Of a stretch of 64,000 nucleotides of DNA, positions 28,076 to 37,457 are shown in pieces. Position numbers and translations under genes: made by a program. The stretch's first letter is position 1. Every line of letters starts with the position of its first letter. Source of the DNA: Thermococcus sp. JdFR-02 (lineage in GTDB: Archaea; Methanobacteriota_B; Thermococci; Thermococcales; Thermococcaceae); NCBI GenBank assembly GCA_002009975.1, contig MTLP01000028.1, positions 1-64,000 on the forward strand, in the 5' to 3' direction. The notes below the pieces were generated by a model that had not been told where the DNA came from, did no database searches, and worked only from the letters and a program-made list of their open reading frames with translations.

Positions 28076-28933
28076 ATGTTTGAGTTGGTTTTAGCATTAA
28101 TATGGGATTTGATCTTAGGTGAACCTCCAGCTAAGCTTCACCCAACTGTTTGGTTTGGTAGATTAATTGGATTCTTTGATGAAGCGTATAAAAGAAAGAA
28201 TGCTTTTTTAGACTTCTTTGCTGGAGCTTTTGTCTCTCTAATCATTATAATCTTTGCTTTTTTGCTTTCAAAAGTTCCAAATTTCTTGCCTTTTCCCCTA
28301 AGCTCCCTTTTGAGCATTTATCTTCTTAAAAGCTCTTTTGCAGTTAAAAGCTTAGCCCAGCACATAAAAAACACGATTAGAGAGGACATTCAAGAACAGA
28401 GAAAATACGTAAGCTGGATTGTAAGTAGAGATGTTAAAGGATTGGATAGAGCTCATTTAAATTCAGCTGCAATAGAAAGCTTAGCCGAAAACATAGTTGA
28501 TAGCATACTTTCTCCTCTCTTTTACTACCTTCTCTTCGGCTTAAGCGGTGCTTTGGTTTATAGAGCAATAAACACAATGGACGCAATGATAGGTTACAAA
28601 GACGAGAAGTACTTCTATTTTGGGAAATTTATCGCAAGATTGGATGATTTGGCTAATTTTATTCCAGCCCGTTTAGCTGTGATTTTATTCCTACCTTTCA
28701 GTCCTAGGAGAGTTTGGCATCACTATCGCTTAGCAAAGTTTAAAGTCAATGCTGATAAACCAATCGCATGCATGAGCGCGGTTTTAGGTGTTTGGTTAGA
28801 AAAGATAGGGGTTTATAAGTTTCCGGGAAGAGAGCCAACTTTGGAAGACATAAGGAGGGCTTTAAAGATTTATTGGATTGTGGTTGGAGAGTGGGTTTTA
28901 ATTTTGCTTATTTTTAGTTGTCTCACGTCATAA
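28076..28933 (+). CDS. cbiB: Adenosylcobinamide-phosphate synthase CbiB
   Basis: DLILGEP...[46 protein letters not shown]. Confidence 0.92.
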   Translation: MFELVLALIWDLILGEPPAKLHPTVWFGRLIGFFDEAYKRKNAFLDFFAGAFVSLIIIIFAFLLSKVPNFLPFPLSSLLSIYLLKSSFAVKSLAQHIKNTIREDIQEQRKYVSWIVSRDVKGLDRAHLNSAAIESLAENIVDSILSPLFYYLLFGLSGALVYRAINTMDAMIGYKDEKYFYFGKFIARLDDLANFIPARLAVILFLPFSPRRVWHHYRLAKFKVNADKPIACMSAVLGVWLEKIGVYKFPGREPTLEDIRRALKIYWIVVGEWVLILLIFSCLTS

Positions 28934-28994
28934 ATCTTGCACAAAAATTATTTAACAATTTTCACAATTTCAAACTTAATTGGAGTGACTTGAA

Positions 28995-29981
28995 ATGCTA
29001 AAGCCCATAAATTTCAAAGCTCATCATGGAGGCGCAAGGGAAGAAAGACTCTTAGATTTTTCCGCTTCAATTAATCCCTACAAGCCACATTGGTTAAATG
29101 ATATGCTTGAAAGGACTAGAGCCTTAAGCAACAGATACATCTATTGGGAGAGCCTTGAGGAAGAGCTTTCAAATTTGATTGGTGAAGAAGTAACAATTAC
29201 AGCGGGAATAACGGAAGCGTTGTATTTGATTGGAATCTTGGCTTTAAGGGAATGGCGAAAGGCGATAATTCCTAAGCACACTTACGAGGAGTATGAGAGA
29301 ATTGCAAGAGTATTTGGTGCTGAGATAATAAAGGCTTCAAATGAGCCTGAAAAATTAGCAAATTTTGTTGAAAGGCAAAGTGTCGTTTTCTTTTGCAATC
29401 CAAATAATCCAGATGGAAAATTTTACACACCAAAAGAACTCAAGCCTTTAATCCAAGCTGTTGAAGATGAAAAAGCATTATTGGTTTTAGATGAAGCCTT
29501 CATAGACTTTGTTAGAAATGCAAAAACTCCTGAAGGAGAGAACATTGTAAAGCTCAGAACCTTCACGAAGAGCTATGGAATGCCCGGAATTAGGGTTGGC
29601 TATGTAGTTGGGTATAGTGAAGCTTTCAAGAGCGTTAGAATGCCTTGGAGCATTGGCGCTTTAGGTTACGCTTTTTTAGAGTTCTTGATCAAAGATGAAT
29701 TCCACTTTTTAAAAGAAACTATGCCTTTAATTTGGAAGGAAAAAGAGCGCATGGAAAGGGAGCTTAACGTCAAAAGTGATGCAAACTTTTTTGTAAAAAA
29801 TGTTGGAAATGCAGGGAAAGCTGTGAAGTTCCTAAAGCAAAGGGGAATTTTAGTTAGAGATTGCTCATCTTTTGATTTGCCAGAGCTTATTAGGTTTAGC
29901 GTAAGAAAGAGAAATGAGAATGACAAGCTTATTGGAGCGTTAAAAGAGTATCTTGGTGAAGGAGATGATTCTTCGATTTGA
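28995..29981 (+). CDS. cobD: L-threonine-O-3-phosphate decarboxylase (class I/II aminotransferase fold)
   Basis: HGG...DFSASINP, CNPNNPDG, DEAFIDF, RTFTK.YGMPGIRVGY, GILVRDCSSF; follows cbiB. Confidence 0.85.
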   Translation: MLKPINFKAHHGGAREERLLDFSASINPYKPHWLNDMLERTRALSNRYIYWESLEEELSNLIGEEVTITAGITEALYLIGILALREWRKAIIPKHTYEEYERIARVFGAEIIKASNEPEKLANFVERQSVVFFCNPNNPDGKFYTPKELKPLIQAVEDEKALLVLDEAFIDFVRNAKTPEGENIVKLRTFTKSYGMPGIRVGYVVGYSEAFKSVRMPWSIGALGYAFLEFLIKDEFHFLKETMPLIWKEKERMERELNVKSDANFFVKNVGNAGKAVKFLKQRGILVRDCSSFDLPELIRFSVRKRNENDKLIGALKEYLGEGDDSSI

Positions 29982-30702
29982 AGAGCTTGAAAAAATTGGT
30001 GAAATCTATGTTAATCCGAGGAATTTCAAAGTTAAGCCATTATTTCTTAAAACTTGGAAAGATTTGCTTTCTTTGGATGAGAACATTTATGGTTTGTATG
30101 CAAAAACAATTTACAACTCAAGGCAGAGGTTTCTGGTAAAAGATAATGGAGATTTGAAAAAGGCTAAAAAGCTGATAGAACTTTACAAAGAATTTAAGGA
30201 AAATCCGTTGAGGTTTTGCCATGAGGAGTACTACCGCTTTCACTTAGAGAATGCTAATTTTAAGGATTTGCCGCTTGGACAGGGATTTATGAGTTCAAAA
30301 ATAGTTTTGGTTGGAGAAGCCCCCGGAATTAAAGGGTGCGGTTTTACGGGGATTTGCTTTTATAGAGACAAATCTGGAATGCTTTTGAGGAAAACCTTAT
30401 TTTCCTTAGGAATTAATCCAGACTTTTTGTATATCACAAACGTTGTCAAATGCACACCGCCAAGGAACAAACTCATGAAGGGCTTTGATGAAAGAGAGTT
30501 GGAACTTTTAAAGAGAGAACTTAAAATCATTGATGCCAAAGGGGTTTTTGCAATTGGTAGAACGGCAGAAAAAGCCTTGAAGAAGCTGAAAATTGATGTT
30601 ATTTACCTTAAGCACCCTGCTTGGTACATTAGAAGAGGAATTAATGATCCAAATGAAGAAATTCTTGAGGAGTATTCCAAAATAGTTGAGGCGTTTAAAT
30701 AG
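29965..30702 (+). CDS. Uracil-DNA glycosylase superfamily protein with N-terminal extension
   Basis: LVGEAPG, YITNVVKC.PP.N, GRTA, HPA. Confidence 0.85.
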   Translation: MILRFEELEKIGEIYVNPRNFKVKPLFLKTWKDLLSLDENIYGLYAKTIYNSRQRFLVKDNGDLKKAKKLIELYKEFKENPLRFCHEEYYRFHLENANFKDLPLGQGFMSSKIVLVGEAPGIKGCGFTGICFYRDKSGMLLRKTLFSLGINPDFLYITNVVKCTPPRNKLMKGFDERELELLKRELKIIDAKGVFAIGRTAEKALKKLKIDVIYLKHPAWYIRRGINDPNEEILEEYSKIVEAFK

Positions 30703-30750
30703 AAAGAATTTTAAAGCCCTTTAAATAGTTAAGGCTTAGGTGGTAGTAAG

Positions 30751-31074
30751 GTGAGAACTGAAAATAAAATTGCGCTCATTTTTTATGGCATTGGTGCATT
30801 GGGTGGAGCTATAAGCGGTGTTCTATCTCTTAGTGCTAACCTTGGCTATGTTGCAGGATTGCTGCTCTATTTGGTCGCTCCAAAGATTGTAATGGTAGTT
30901 GTGAAGGATTTGCCAGAAGAGCTTAGAGACGAGAGAGCTCTCTTAAGAAAAGGATTTTGGAGCTTCATGTTATTCTGGCTCTACTTCACAATCCTATTCT
31001 ACAATGCATTAAATCCACAATCTCCAATATTCTATTCAAACAGAAGCTTGCTTTACAATATGACATTGGGGTGA
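30751..31074 (+). CDS. Small 3-TM membrane protein (possibly EMC6-like)
   Basis: Three hydrophobic segments ending GFWSFMLFWLYF.ILFYN. Confidence 0.6.
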   Translation: MRTENKIALIFYGIGALGGAISGVLSLSANLGYVAGLLLYLVAPKIVMVVVKDLPEELRDERALLRKGFWSFMLFWLYFTILFYNALNPQSPIFYSNRSLLYNMTLG

Positions 31075-31078
31075 TTCA

Positions 31079-31759
31079 ATGGAAAAACTCAAGAAAATGG
31101 TTGCTAGGGAAGCCTTGAAATACATTGAAGATGGCATGATAGTTGGCTTAGGAACAGGTTCAACTACTGCTCACTTCATTCAGCTGTTGGGAAAGCTGGT
31201 TATGGAAGAAGAGCTTGAAATTTATGGAATTCCAACTTCATATCAAGCTAAACTTCTTGCTTTGGAAAGTGGGATTCCGATTATTGATTTAGACGAAGCA
31301 GATGCAATAGATGTAGCTATTGATGGTGCGGATGAAGTTGATCCTGATTTAAACCTCATAAAGGGAAGGGGAGCAGCTTTAACAATGGAGAAGATAATTG
31401 ATTATCGTGCTGGAACTTTCATAGTCCTCGTTGATGAGAGCAAATTAGTTGATTATCTTGGACAAAAGATGCCAGTTCCTATAGAGGTTATTCCCGCAGC
31501 TTGGCGCGTAATAAAGGAAGAGCTTGAGGTTTTTAATGCAACTGCAGAGCTTAGGATAGCCAAGAATAAAGACGGACCAGTTGTAACTGAAAATGGAAAC
31601 TTCATCTTGGATGCTAAGTTTGAGAGAATTGAAGATCCTCTCGATATAGAAATCGAGCTTAACAATATTCCTGGCGTTGTTGAAAACGGTATTTTTGCTG
31701 ATATAGCAGATATCGTTTTGGTTGGAACAAAAGAGGGCGTTAAAAAGTTAGAGCGTTAA
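31079..31759 (+). CDS. rpiA: Ribose-5-phosphate isomerase A
   Basis: GLGTGST, DGADEVD, KGRG.AL..EK, GPVVTENGN, GVVENGIF. Confidence 0.97.
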   Translation: MEKLKKMVAREALKYIEDGMIVGLGTGSTTAHFIQLLGKLVMEEELEIYGIPTSYQAKLLALESGIPIIDLDEADAIDVAIDGADEVDPDLNLIKGRGAALTMEKIIDYRAGTFIVLVDESKLVDYLGQKMPVPIEVIPAAWRVIKEELEVFNATAELRIAKNKDGPVVTENGNFILDAKFERIEDPLDIEIELNNIPGVVENGIFADIADIVLVGTKEGVKKLER

Positions 31760-31794
31760 GTTTATAAATCGCTCATTATTAGAATTTTACGAGT

Positions 31795-31882
31795 GCGGGG
31801 GTTGCCGAGCCTGGTCAAAGGCGGTGGACTCAAGATCCACTCCCGTAGGGGTTCGAGGGTTCAAATCCCTCCCCCCGCACCA
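31795..31882 (+). tRNA. tRNA-Leu(CAA), CCA encoded
   Basis: GCGGGGG acceptor stem, anticodon arm GTGGA-CT-CAA-GA-TCCAC, long variable arm, GGTTCAAATCC; TTTATAAA upstream. Confidence 0.97.
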
Positions 31883-31948
31883 CAAATTTTCTATAAAAAG
31901 TTTGATCAAATTTGTGCACATCTTCTAACTTTAAGATAATATGCACAT

Positions 31949-33340
31949 CTAAGCAGTTTCTTCTGATTTTTCGATTATCCTCTTCATCCAAGAACCTTTC
32001 AAAAACCATGCTAATCCTACACCAGCGGCGATGAAGTTACTCAAGCCCATTCCTAAAAAGACTCCAGTGGAAGATTTCATCACTATGTACCCAAAAATAT
32101 AGCTTAGAGGAATTCTCAATCCCCAAAGACGGAACATATCTATAACCATAGACTTCTTTGTATGTCCAGCGCTTCTAAAAACATTTGTAACTACCATAAA
32201 AACTCCATCGAATACAGGAACCGAAATGAGAAAATACTTCAAAACAATCCTGCTTTCTTCTATTACTGCTGGATCATCTAAAAAGAGCTTAAATACTGGA
32301 ACTCTGAATATTGCAAGCAAAAGAACAGCAACACTTGCTATAGTGAAGTTAATCAGCATTGTTCTCTCAGCTATCTTTTTAGCTCTCTCATACTTTTCTG
32401 CTCCTATATTTTGAGCTATCATCGTCCCCATAGCCATGGAAATTCCACGTGCTACGTTAGCTAAAAAGTTAACCAAACGGGTCGTGATTGTGTAAGCTGC
32501 ATACGTAACATCTCCAAAGCCGAAGATAATTCTTGTTAAAACAACAAAACCAAAGCTGTTAGCTGAGGAGCCTATACTTGAAGGTAAACCAACTTTAAAG
32601 ATTTTCTGGTAAAAATCAAAATCTGGTCTGAGGGTATCTCTCGTTAAGTGTAATCCAACTTTTCCAGTTAAAAGGAGATAAGCACCTATAACTGAGCCTA
32701 TGCTATTTGAAAATATTGTTGCCAACGCTGCCCCTGTAACTTCCAATTTTGGAAAGCCAAAGAGCCCGAAAATGAGTATTGGGTCTAAGACCATGTTTAG
32801 CCCGACAGTGAGGAAGCTTATTTTTACTGGTGTTTTTGTGTCCCCAACTGCCCTCATAAGGAAGCTGAAGGAGAAGAAAGTGAATGCAAAGGGTATTCCA
32901 GCAAATATTACCCTAAGATACCCTAAGGCATAGGGATAAACAGTTGGAGTTACTTTCATAAAATTTAGTGCATAGGGAGATATCCAATAACCTACAATTG
33001 CAACGATAGATGCAAATATAAGCATGAGTGAATACAATGCGCCAGCGGCTTTGTTGGCTTTTTTATATTCTTCAGCTCCTATGTATTGTCCAACGAAGGC
33101 AAATCCTGCAGTTGTAAATCCCATACCCAAGCTCATCAAAGTCCCAATTAGTGGCCATGCTGTCCCTGGAGCTGATAATGCTTCTCTTCCAAGTTTGCCT
33201 AACCAAAATGTGTCGGTGATGTTATAAACCACCTGAATTAGGTTATTTACTATTAAAGGTCCCGCTAATCGGAGTAGTGTTCTCTCTATGCCCCCGCTGA
33301 CTATCTCCTCACGCATTTTTTGGATTTTTTCATCTTTCAT
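31949..33340 (-). CDS. MATE family efflux transporter
   Basis: DTFWLGKLG, RAVGDTKTP, N.VLDPILIFG..GFP.L.V.GAALAT, QNIGA. Confidence 0.93.
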   Translation of the reverse strand: MKDEKIQKMREEIVSGGIERTLLRLAGPLIVNNLIQVVYNITDTFWLGKLGREALSAPGTAWPLIGTLMSLGMGFTTAGFAFVGQYIGAEEYKKANKAAGALYSLMLIFASIVAIVGYWISPYALNFMKVTPTVYPYALGYLRVIFAGIPFAFTFFSFSFLMRAVGDTKTPVKISFLTVGLNMVLDPILIFGLFGFPKLEVTGAALATIFSNSIGSVIGAYLLLTGKVGLHLTRDTLRPDFDFYQKIFKVGLPSSIGSSANSFGFVVLTRIIFGFGDVTYAAYTITTRLVNFLANVARGISMAMGTMIAQNIGAEKYERAKKIAERTMLINFTIASVAVLLLAIFRVPVFKLFLDDPAVIEESRIVLKYFLISVPVFDGVFMVVTNVFRSAGHTKKSMVIDMFRLWGLRIPLSYIFGYIVMKSSTGVFLGMGLSNFIAAGVGLAWFLKGSWMKRIIEKSEETA

Positions 33341-33372
33341 GCTCAATCAGACAAAAATCGAAATGTTATGAT

Positions 33373-34749
33373 TTAAGTGTTGTGGTCTATGATGCGCCTC
33401 ATCCAAGTACCGCGGAAGAACCAGGCAAGAGCTATCAAAGCAGTGAGAAGATTGCTTAATCCCATACCAAGCCACACGCCAATAGTACTGTTAAAAAAGA
33501 TGCCCAAAGTATATGCAAGGGGTATTCTTAGAGCCCAGAGCCTTAGGATTCCAAGGATCATAGCCTTTTTGGTGTGTCCTGCGCTTTGGAAGACGTTACT
33601 TACAGCTGCGAGTATTCCAAAGAATGGCAGCGAGAATGCGAAGTACTTTATGAATCTCGCACTTTCAGCCAGAACAGCCTTATCCTTTATGAAAAAGCCA
33701 AAGATTTGAGGTCTGAAAATAACAACGAGGGCTGTTCCAATGCTTAGAATTATGAAGTTGGTAAACATTGCTTTTTCGGCTATCTCCTTTGCTCTCTCAT
33801 ACTTCTCCGCTCCAACGTTTTGACCTACCATGGTTCCCATGGCTTGACTTATGCCGTTGGCAAAAGCAAACATAAAGTTCGTTAATCTGTTAGCTATCGT
33901 GTATGTTGCAAAGGCTACAGTTCCATAGGCATAGATTATCCTTGTGAGGACCACGAATCCAAATGCATCTGTAGAGAAGCCAACACTTGAAGGCAATCCC
34001 ACTTTAAAGATTCGCTTATAGAATCCCCAGTCAGGTTTTAGGGTTTTGAGTGTGAGATGTATTCCAACTTTGCCCTTGAAGAGCAGATATCCGCCTATGA
34101 TGGAACCAATGCTGTTCGAAAACATAGTTGCCACTGCAGCCCCAATGACGCCCATTCTTGGGAAGCCAAGCCATCCAAAGATTAGTATCGGGTCTAGAAT
34201 TATGTTAAGAACGATGGTAAACATGTTTATCTTGACTGGTGTTTTAGTGTCCCCAACAGCCCTGAGAAGGAAGTTAAAGGCAAAGAGTGTGAAGGAAAAA
34301 GGAATTCCAATGAAGATTATTCTTATGTAACTTAGCGCGTAGGGATACACTTCAGGGGTAACGTTCATAAAGTCAAGAGCAAATGGAGCTATTATTATTC
34401 CAAAGAGAGCAACAAAAGCAGAGAACAACATCATCATGGAGTATAATGCACCGGCAGATCTGTTTGCTTCATCGTACTTCTTTGCACCTACATATTGACT
34501 CACAAAGGCAAATCCCGCAGTTGTGAATCCCATTCCAAGACTCATAAAGAACCATACTAGAGGCCAAGATGTACCAGGGGCAGAAAGTTCTTCTCTCCCA
34601 AGCTTGCCTAACCAAAATGTATCAGTTAAGTTGTAGAGAACTTGAACCATATTGTTGATGATTAGGGGATATGCCAGTCTAAGGAGGGTCTTTTCTATGC
34701 TGCCTTCAATGATTTCCTTGCGCATCACTTGAATTTTCTCTCCATTCAT
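33373..34749 (-). CDS. MATE family efflux transporter (tandem paralog)
   Basis: Same MATE motifs; clearly similar to the downstream copy. Confidence 0.93.
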   Translation of the reverse strand: MNGEKIQVMRKEIIEGSIEKTLLRLAYPLIINNMVQVLYNLTDTFWLGKLGREELSAPGTSWPLVWFFMSLGMGFTTAGFAFVSQYVGAKKYDEANRSAGALYSMMMLFSAFVALFGIIIAPFALDFMNVTPEVYPYALSYIRIIFIGIPFSFTLFAFNFLLRAVGDTKTPVKINMFTIVLNIILDPILIFGWLGFPRMGVIGAAVATMFSNSIGSIIGGYLLFKGKVGIHLTLKTLKPDWGFYKRIFKVGLPSSVGFSTDAFGFVVLTRIIYAYGTVAFATYTIANRLTNFMFAFANGISQAMGTMVGQNVGAEKYERAKEIAEKAMFTNFIILSIGTALVVIFRPQIFGFFIKDKAVLAESARFIKYFAFSLPFFGILAAVSNVFQSAGHTKKAMILGILRLWALRIPLAYTLGIFFNSTIGVWLGMGLSNLLTALIALAWFFRGTWMRRIIDHNT

Positions 34750-34941
34750 AACAATCAAATCCCAATCGAAACGTTATTATAAAAAGTTTATCGTGGACAA
34801 ATTATCCTAGATGACGAGAGGAGAATTTTTCTTTCTCGTTTTATGCTAACAATTCTCAATTAGTAGTTTATTCGAAAGAATAGCACGGAAGACAGCAAGT
34901 TATGAAAACAAATTAAACAAAAGGAGAAAAGTTAAGAGACC

Positions 34942-37308
34942 TCAGAAGAGGTCTTCCTCGTCCTTAAAGAGTTGCCTTCTTGCTGCTTCAAGCATGAGCT
35001 TTCTCTCTTCTTGGGCAACTACTTGTCTAATTAGTTGTACTGCATCTGGGTTAGCTGAGATACTGTCAATGCCAAGTCTTACTAAAATTCTCGCCATCTT
35101 TGGATCGCTTCCAGCTTGTCCACAGATGCTTGTCTCAAATCCGTACTTCTTAGCTACCTTGATGACGTACTTGATTAATCTAACAACTGCTGGGTGTGTC
35201 TCATCGTAGAGTTTTGCAACTCTCTCGTTGTCTCTATCTAATGCTAAGGTGTATTGTGTTAGGTCGTTTGTACCAAAGCTTATGAAGTCGATTCCTTCCT
35301 TAGCCAAGTCTTCGATGATTAAAGCAGCTGCTGGAACCTCAATCATGACACCAAAGGCAACATCCTTGTGTGGCTCTAAGCCAACCTCTCTTGCGATCCT
35401 CTTAGCCTCTCTAAGCTCTTCAACTCTGCTTACTAATGGAAGCATTACACCGACGTTGTTATAACCTTCTTCGACGACCTTCTTGATTGCTGTGAACTCT
35501 GCCTTAAGCAATTCTGGTTGATCAATGCTTCTTCTAATTCCTCTCCATCCAAGCATTGGGTTTCTTTCGTCTGGCTCGTCTTCTCCACCTGGCATTTCCT
35601 TGAACTCGTTTGTTGGGGCATCTAATGTTCTATACCAGACTGGTCTTGGATAGAATGCAGCTGCAACGGTTCTAATTCCATCGGCTAATCTCTCAACAAG
35701 CTCATCAAATTTACCTTCCTTAATGAACTTGATTGGGTGTTGTCCAATTGTTAAGATCATGTGCTCTGCTCTTAGCAATCCAACACCATCTGCACCTGTG
35801 GCAGCTGCTCTCTCAGCTACCTCTGGCATTGAAACGTTAACTTTAATTAGTGTTCCAGTTACTAATGGAGCACCTGCAACTACTGCTCCTGCAGCGGCTT
35901 TTTCTTCCTCTTTCTTCTCGACCAAGCTCTTTACAATACCCTTGTAAACTAAACCTCTTCCACCATCAACTGTTACATAGTCACCAGTCTTGAGTACTTT
36001 TGTTGCTTCTTTTGTACCAACTACACATGGAATTCCAAGCTCTCTTGAAACGATAGCTGCGTGGCTTGTTCTTCCACCTTCGTCTGTAATGATTGCTGCT
36101 GCTCTCTTCATTGCTGGAACCATATCTGGGTTTGTCATTGTTGTGACTAAAATATCTCCTTCCTTAACCTTGTCAATTTCATCAGCTTCGAAGATAACGA
36201 CAACTTTACCAGCACCGATACCTGGTGAAGCACCTAATCCCTTAAGAATAATTTCAGCTTCTTCAGTCATTTCAGCAGCCTCCTCAGTTGTGACCTCTTT
36301 TAATGTGGTAACAGGTCTTGATTGGACAATGTAAAGCTTACCATCATCCTTATCATAAGCCCACTCAATATCTTGTGGCCATCCATAGTGCTCCTCAATC
36401 TTTTGTCCAATCTTAGCAACCTCAATAACTTGCTCATCTGTGAGACATTGCTTCTCAACCCACTCTGGACCTAGGAAGTCAGCAACTTTAACGTAAATTG
36501 TTCCCTTTCCAGTCTCTGGGTTCCTAACAACCATAACTTCCTTCTTGGCGATGAATTTCTCCTTAATTGTCCATGTCTTCTTGTCAACTATGTACTCATC
36601 TGGGGTGACTGAACCGCTAACAACTGCCTCACCTAATCCCCAAGAAGCGTTGATCATTATCTCATCTCTATTGTTGTTAACTGGGTTAGCTGTGAACATA
36701 ACACCGCTCTTTTCACTGTTAACCATCTTTTGAACAACAGCACTTAAGTAAACCTTTGTGTGGTCAAATCCTTGCTTCTCTCTATAGAATGTAGCTCTTG
36801 CTGTCCAAAGTGAAGCCCAACACTTCTTAACTTTCTCAATAACATCATCTGCACCAAGAACATCTAAATAGGTTTCTTGTTGTCCAGCAAATGAAGCCTC
36901 TGGTAAGTCCTCAGCTGTTGCAGAGCTTCTAACTGCAACGTAGACTGCATCTTTGTTAAACCTTGCACTTAGCTCTTTGTAAGCTTCTCTGATTTCCTTT
37001 TCAATCTCTTCGGGCATTGGAAGTGAAATAATCTTTTCTCTAATTTTAGCGGTGTTCTCTTGCAATTGCTTTGAGTCATCAACGTTTGTTTCTTTAATAA
37101 CGTCCATAATCCACTCTTGCAAAGTTCTTCCATCTTCGACTTTAACATTCTCGACGAAGTATTTGTATGCTTCAGCAGTAACACAGAATCCTGGTGGAAC
37201 TGGAATTCCAACACTTGTCATTTCTCCAAGGTTTGCGCCCTTTCCACCAACGAGTGGAACGTCTGTTTTTCTCAATTCCTCAAACCACTTTATGAATTTG
37301 TATGCCAT
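34942..37308 (-). CDS. ppsA: Phosphoenolpyruvate synthase
   Basis: VGGKGANLGE, AVRSSATAEDLP.ASFAGQQ, GGRTSHAAI, ERNPMLGWRG, SFGTNDLTQ. Confidence 0.97.
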   Translation of the reverse strand: MAYKFIKWFEELRKTDVPLVGGKGANLGEMTSVGIPVPPGFCVTAEAYKYFVENVKVEDGRTLQEWIMDVIKETNVDDSKQLQENTAKIREKIISLPMPEEIEKEIREAYKELSARFNKDAVYVAVRSSATAEDLPEASFAGQQETYLDVLGADDVIEKVKKCWASLWTARATFYREKQGFDHTKVYLSAVVQKMVNSEKSGVMFTANPVNNNRDEIMINASWGLGEAVVSGSVTPDEYIVDKKTWTIKEKFIAKKEVMVVRNPETGKGTIYVKVADFLGPEWVEKQCLTDEQVIEVAKIGQKIEEHYGWPQDIEWAYDKDDGKLYIVQSRPVTTLKEVTTEEAAEMTEEAEIILKGLGASPGIGAGKVVVIFEADEIDKVKEGDILVTTMTNPDMVPAMKRAAAIITDEGGRTSHAAIVSRELGIPCVVGTKEATKVLKTGDYVTVDGGRGLVYKGIVKSLVEKKEEEKAAAGAVVAGAPLVTGTLIKVNVSMPEVAERAAATGADGVGLLRAEHMILTIGQHPIKFIKEGKFDELVERLADGIRTVAAAFYPRPVWYRTLDAPTNEFKEMPGGEDEPDERNPMLGWRGIRRSIDQPELLKAEFTAIKKVVEEGYNNVGVMLPLVSRVEELREAKRIAREVGLEPHKDVAFGVMIEVPAAALIIEDLAKEGIDFISFGTNDLTQYTLALDRDNERVAKLYDETHPAVVRLIKYVIKVAKKYGFETSICGQAGSDPKMARILVRLGIDSISANPDAVQLIRQVVAQEERKLMLEAARRQLFKDEEDLF

Positions 37309-37328
37309 CTCAATCCCTCCATTTTTAG

Positions 37329-37345
37329 AATAACCGTTGGTGATA
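37329..37345 (-). promoter_or_regulatory. Thermococcales glycolytic motif (TGM; TrmBL1/Tgr site) for ppsA
   Basis: Minus strand TATCAC-CAACG-GTTATT versus consensus TATCAC-N5-GTGATA, downstream of TTTTAAAT TATA. Confidence 0.7.
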
Positions 37346-37457
37346 TACGGGGGAGGCTATTTAAAATTAACTGTTCAAGTGTGGTTTTTATATCTGTAAA
37401 ACAAAAAAGAAGCTTTTCCTTTGCAAAAAATAGACCAAAAAAATTTTGGCTAAAGAC

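Noticed and set aside
31795-31950. tRNA-Leu as an integration site
   Set aside because: No integrase and no duplicated tRNA end seen in the window
34814-34841. Hairpin GACGAGAGGAG...CTTTCTCGTT as an ncRNA
   Set aside because: No C/D or ACA boxes; short and imperfect; may be a terminator between ppsA and the MATE gene
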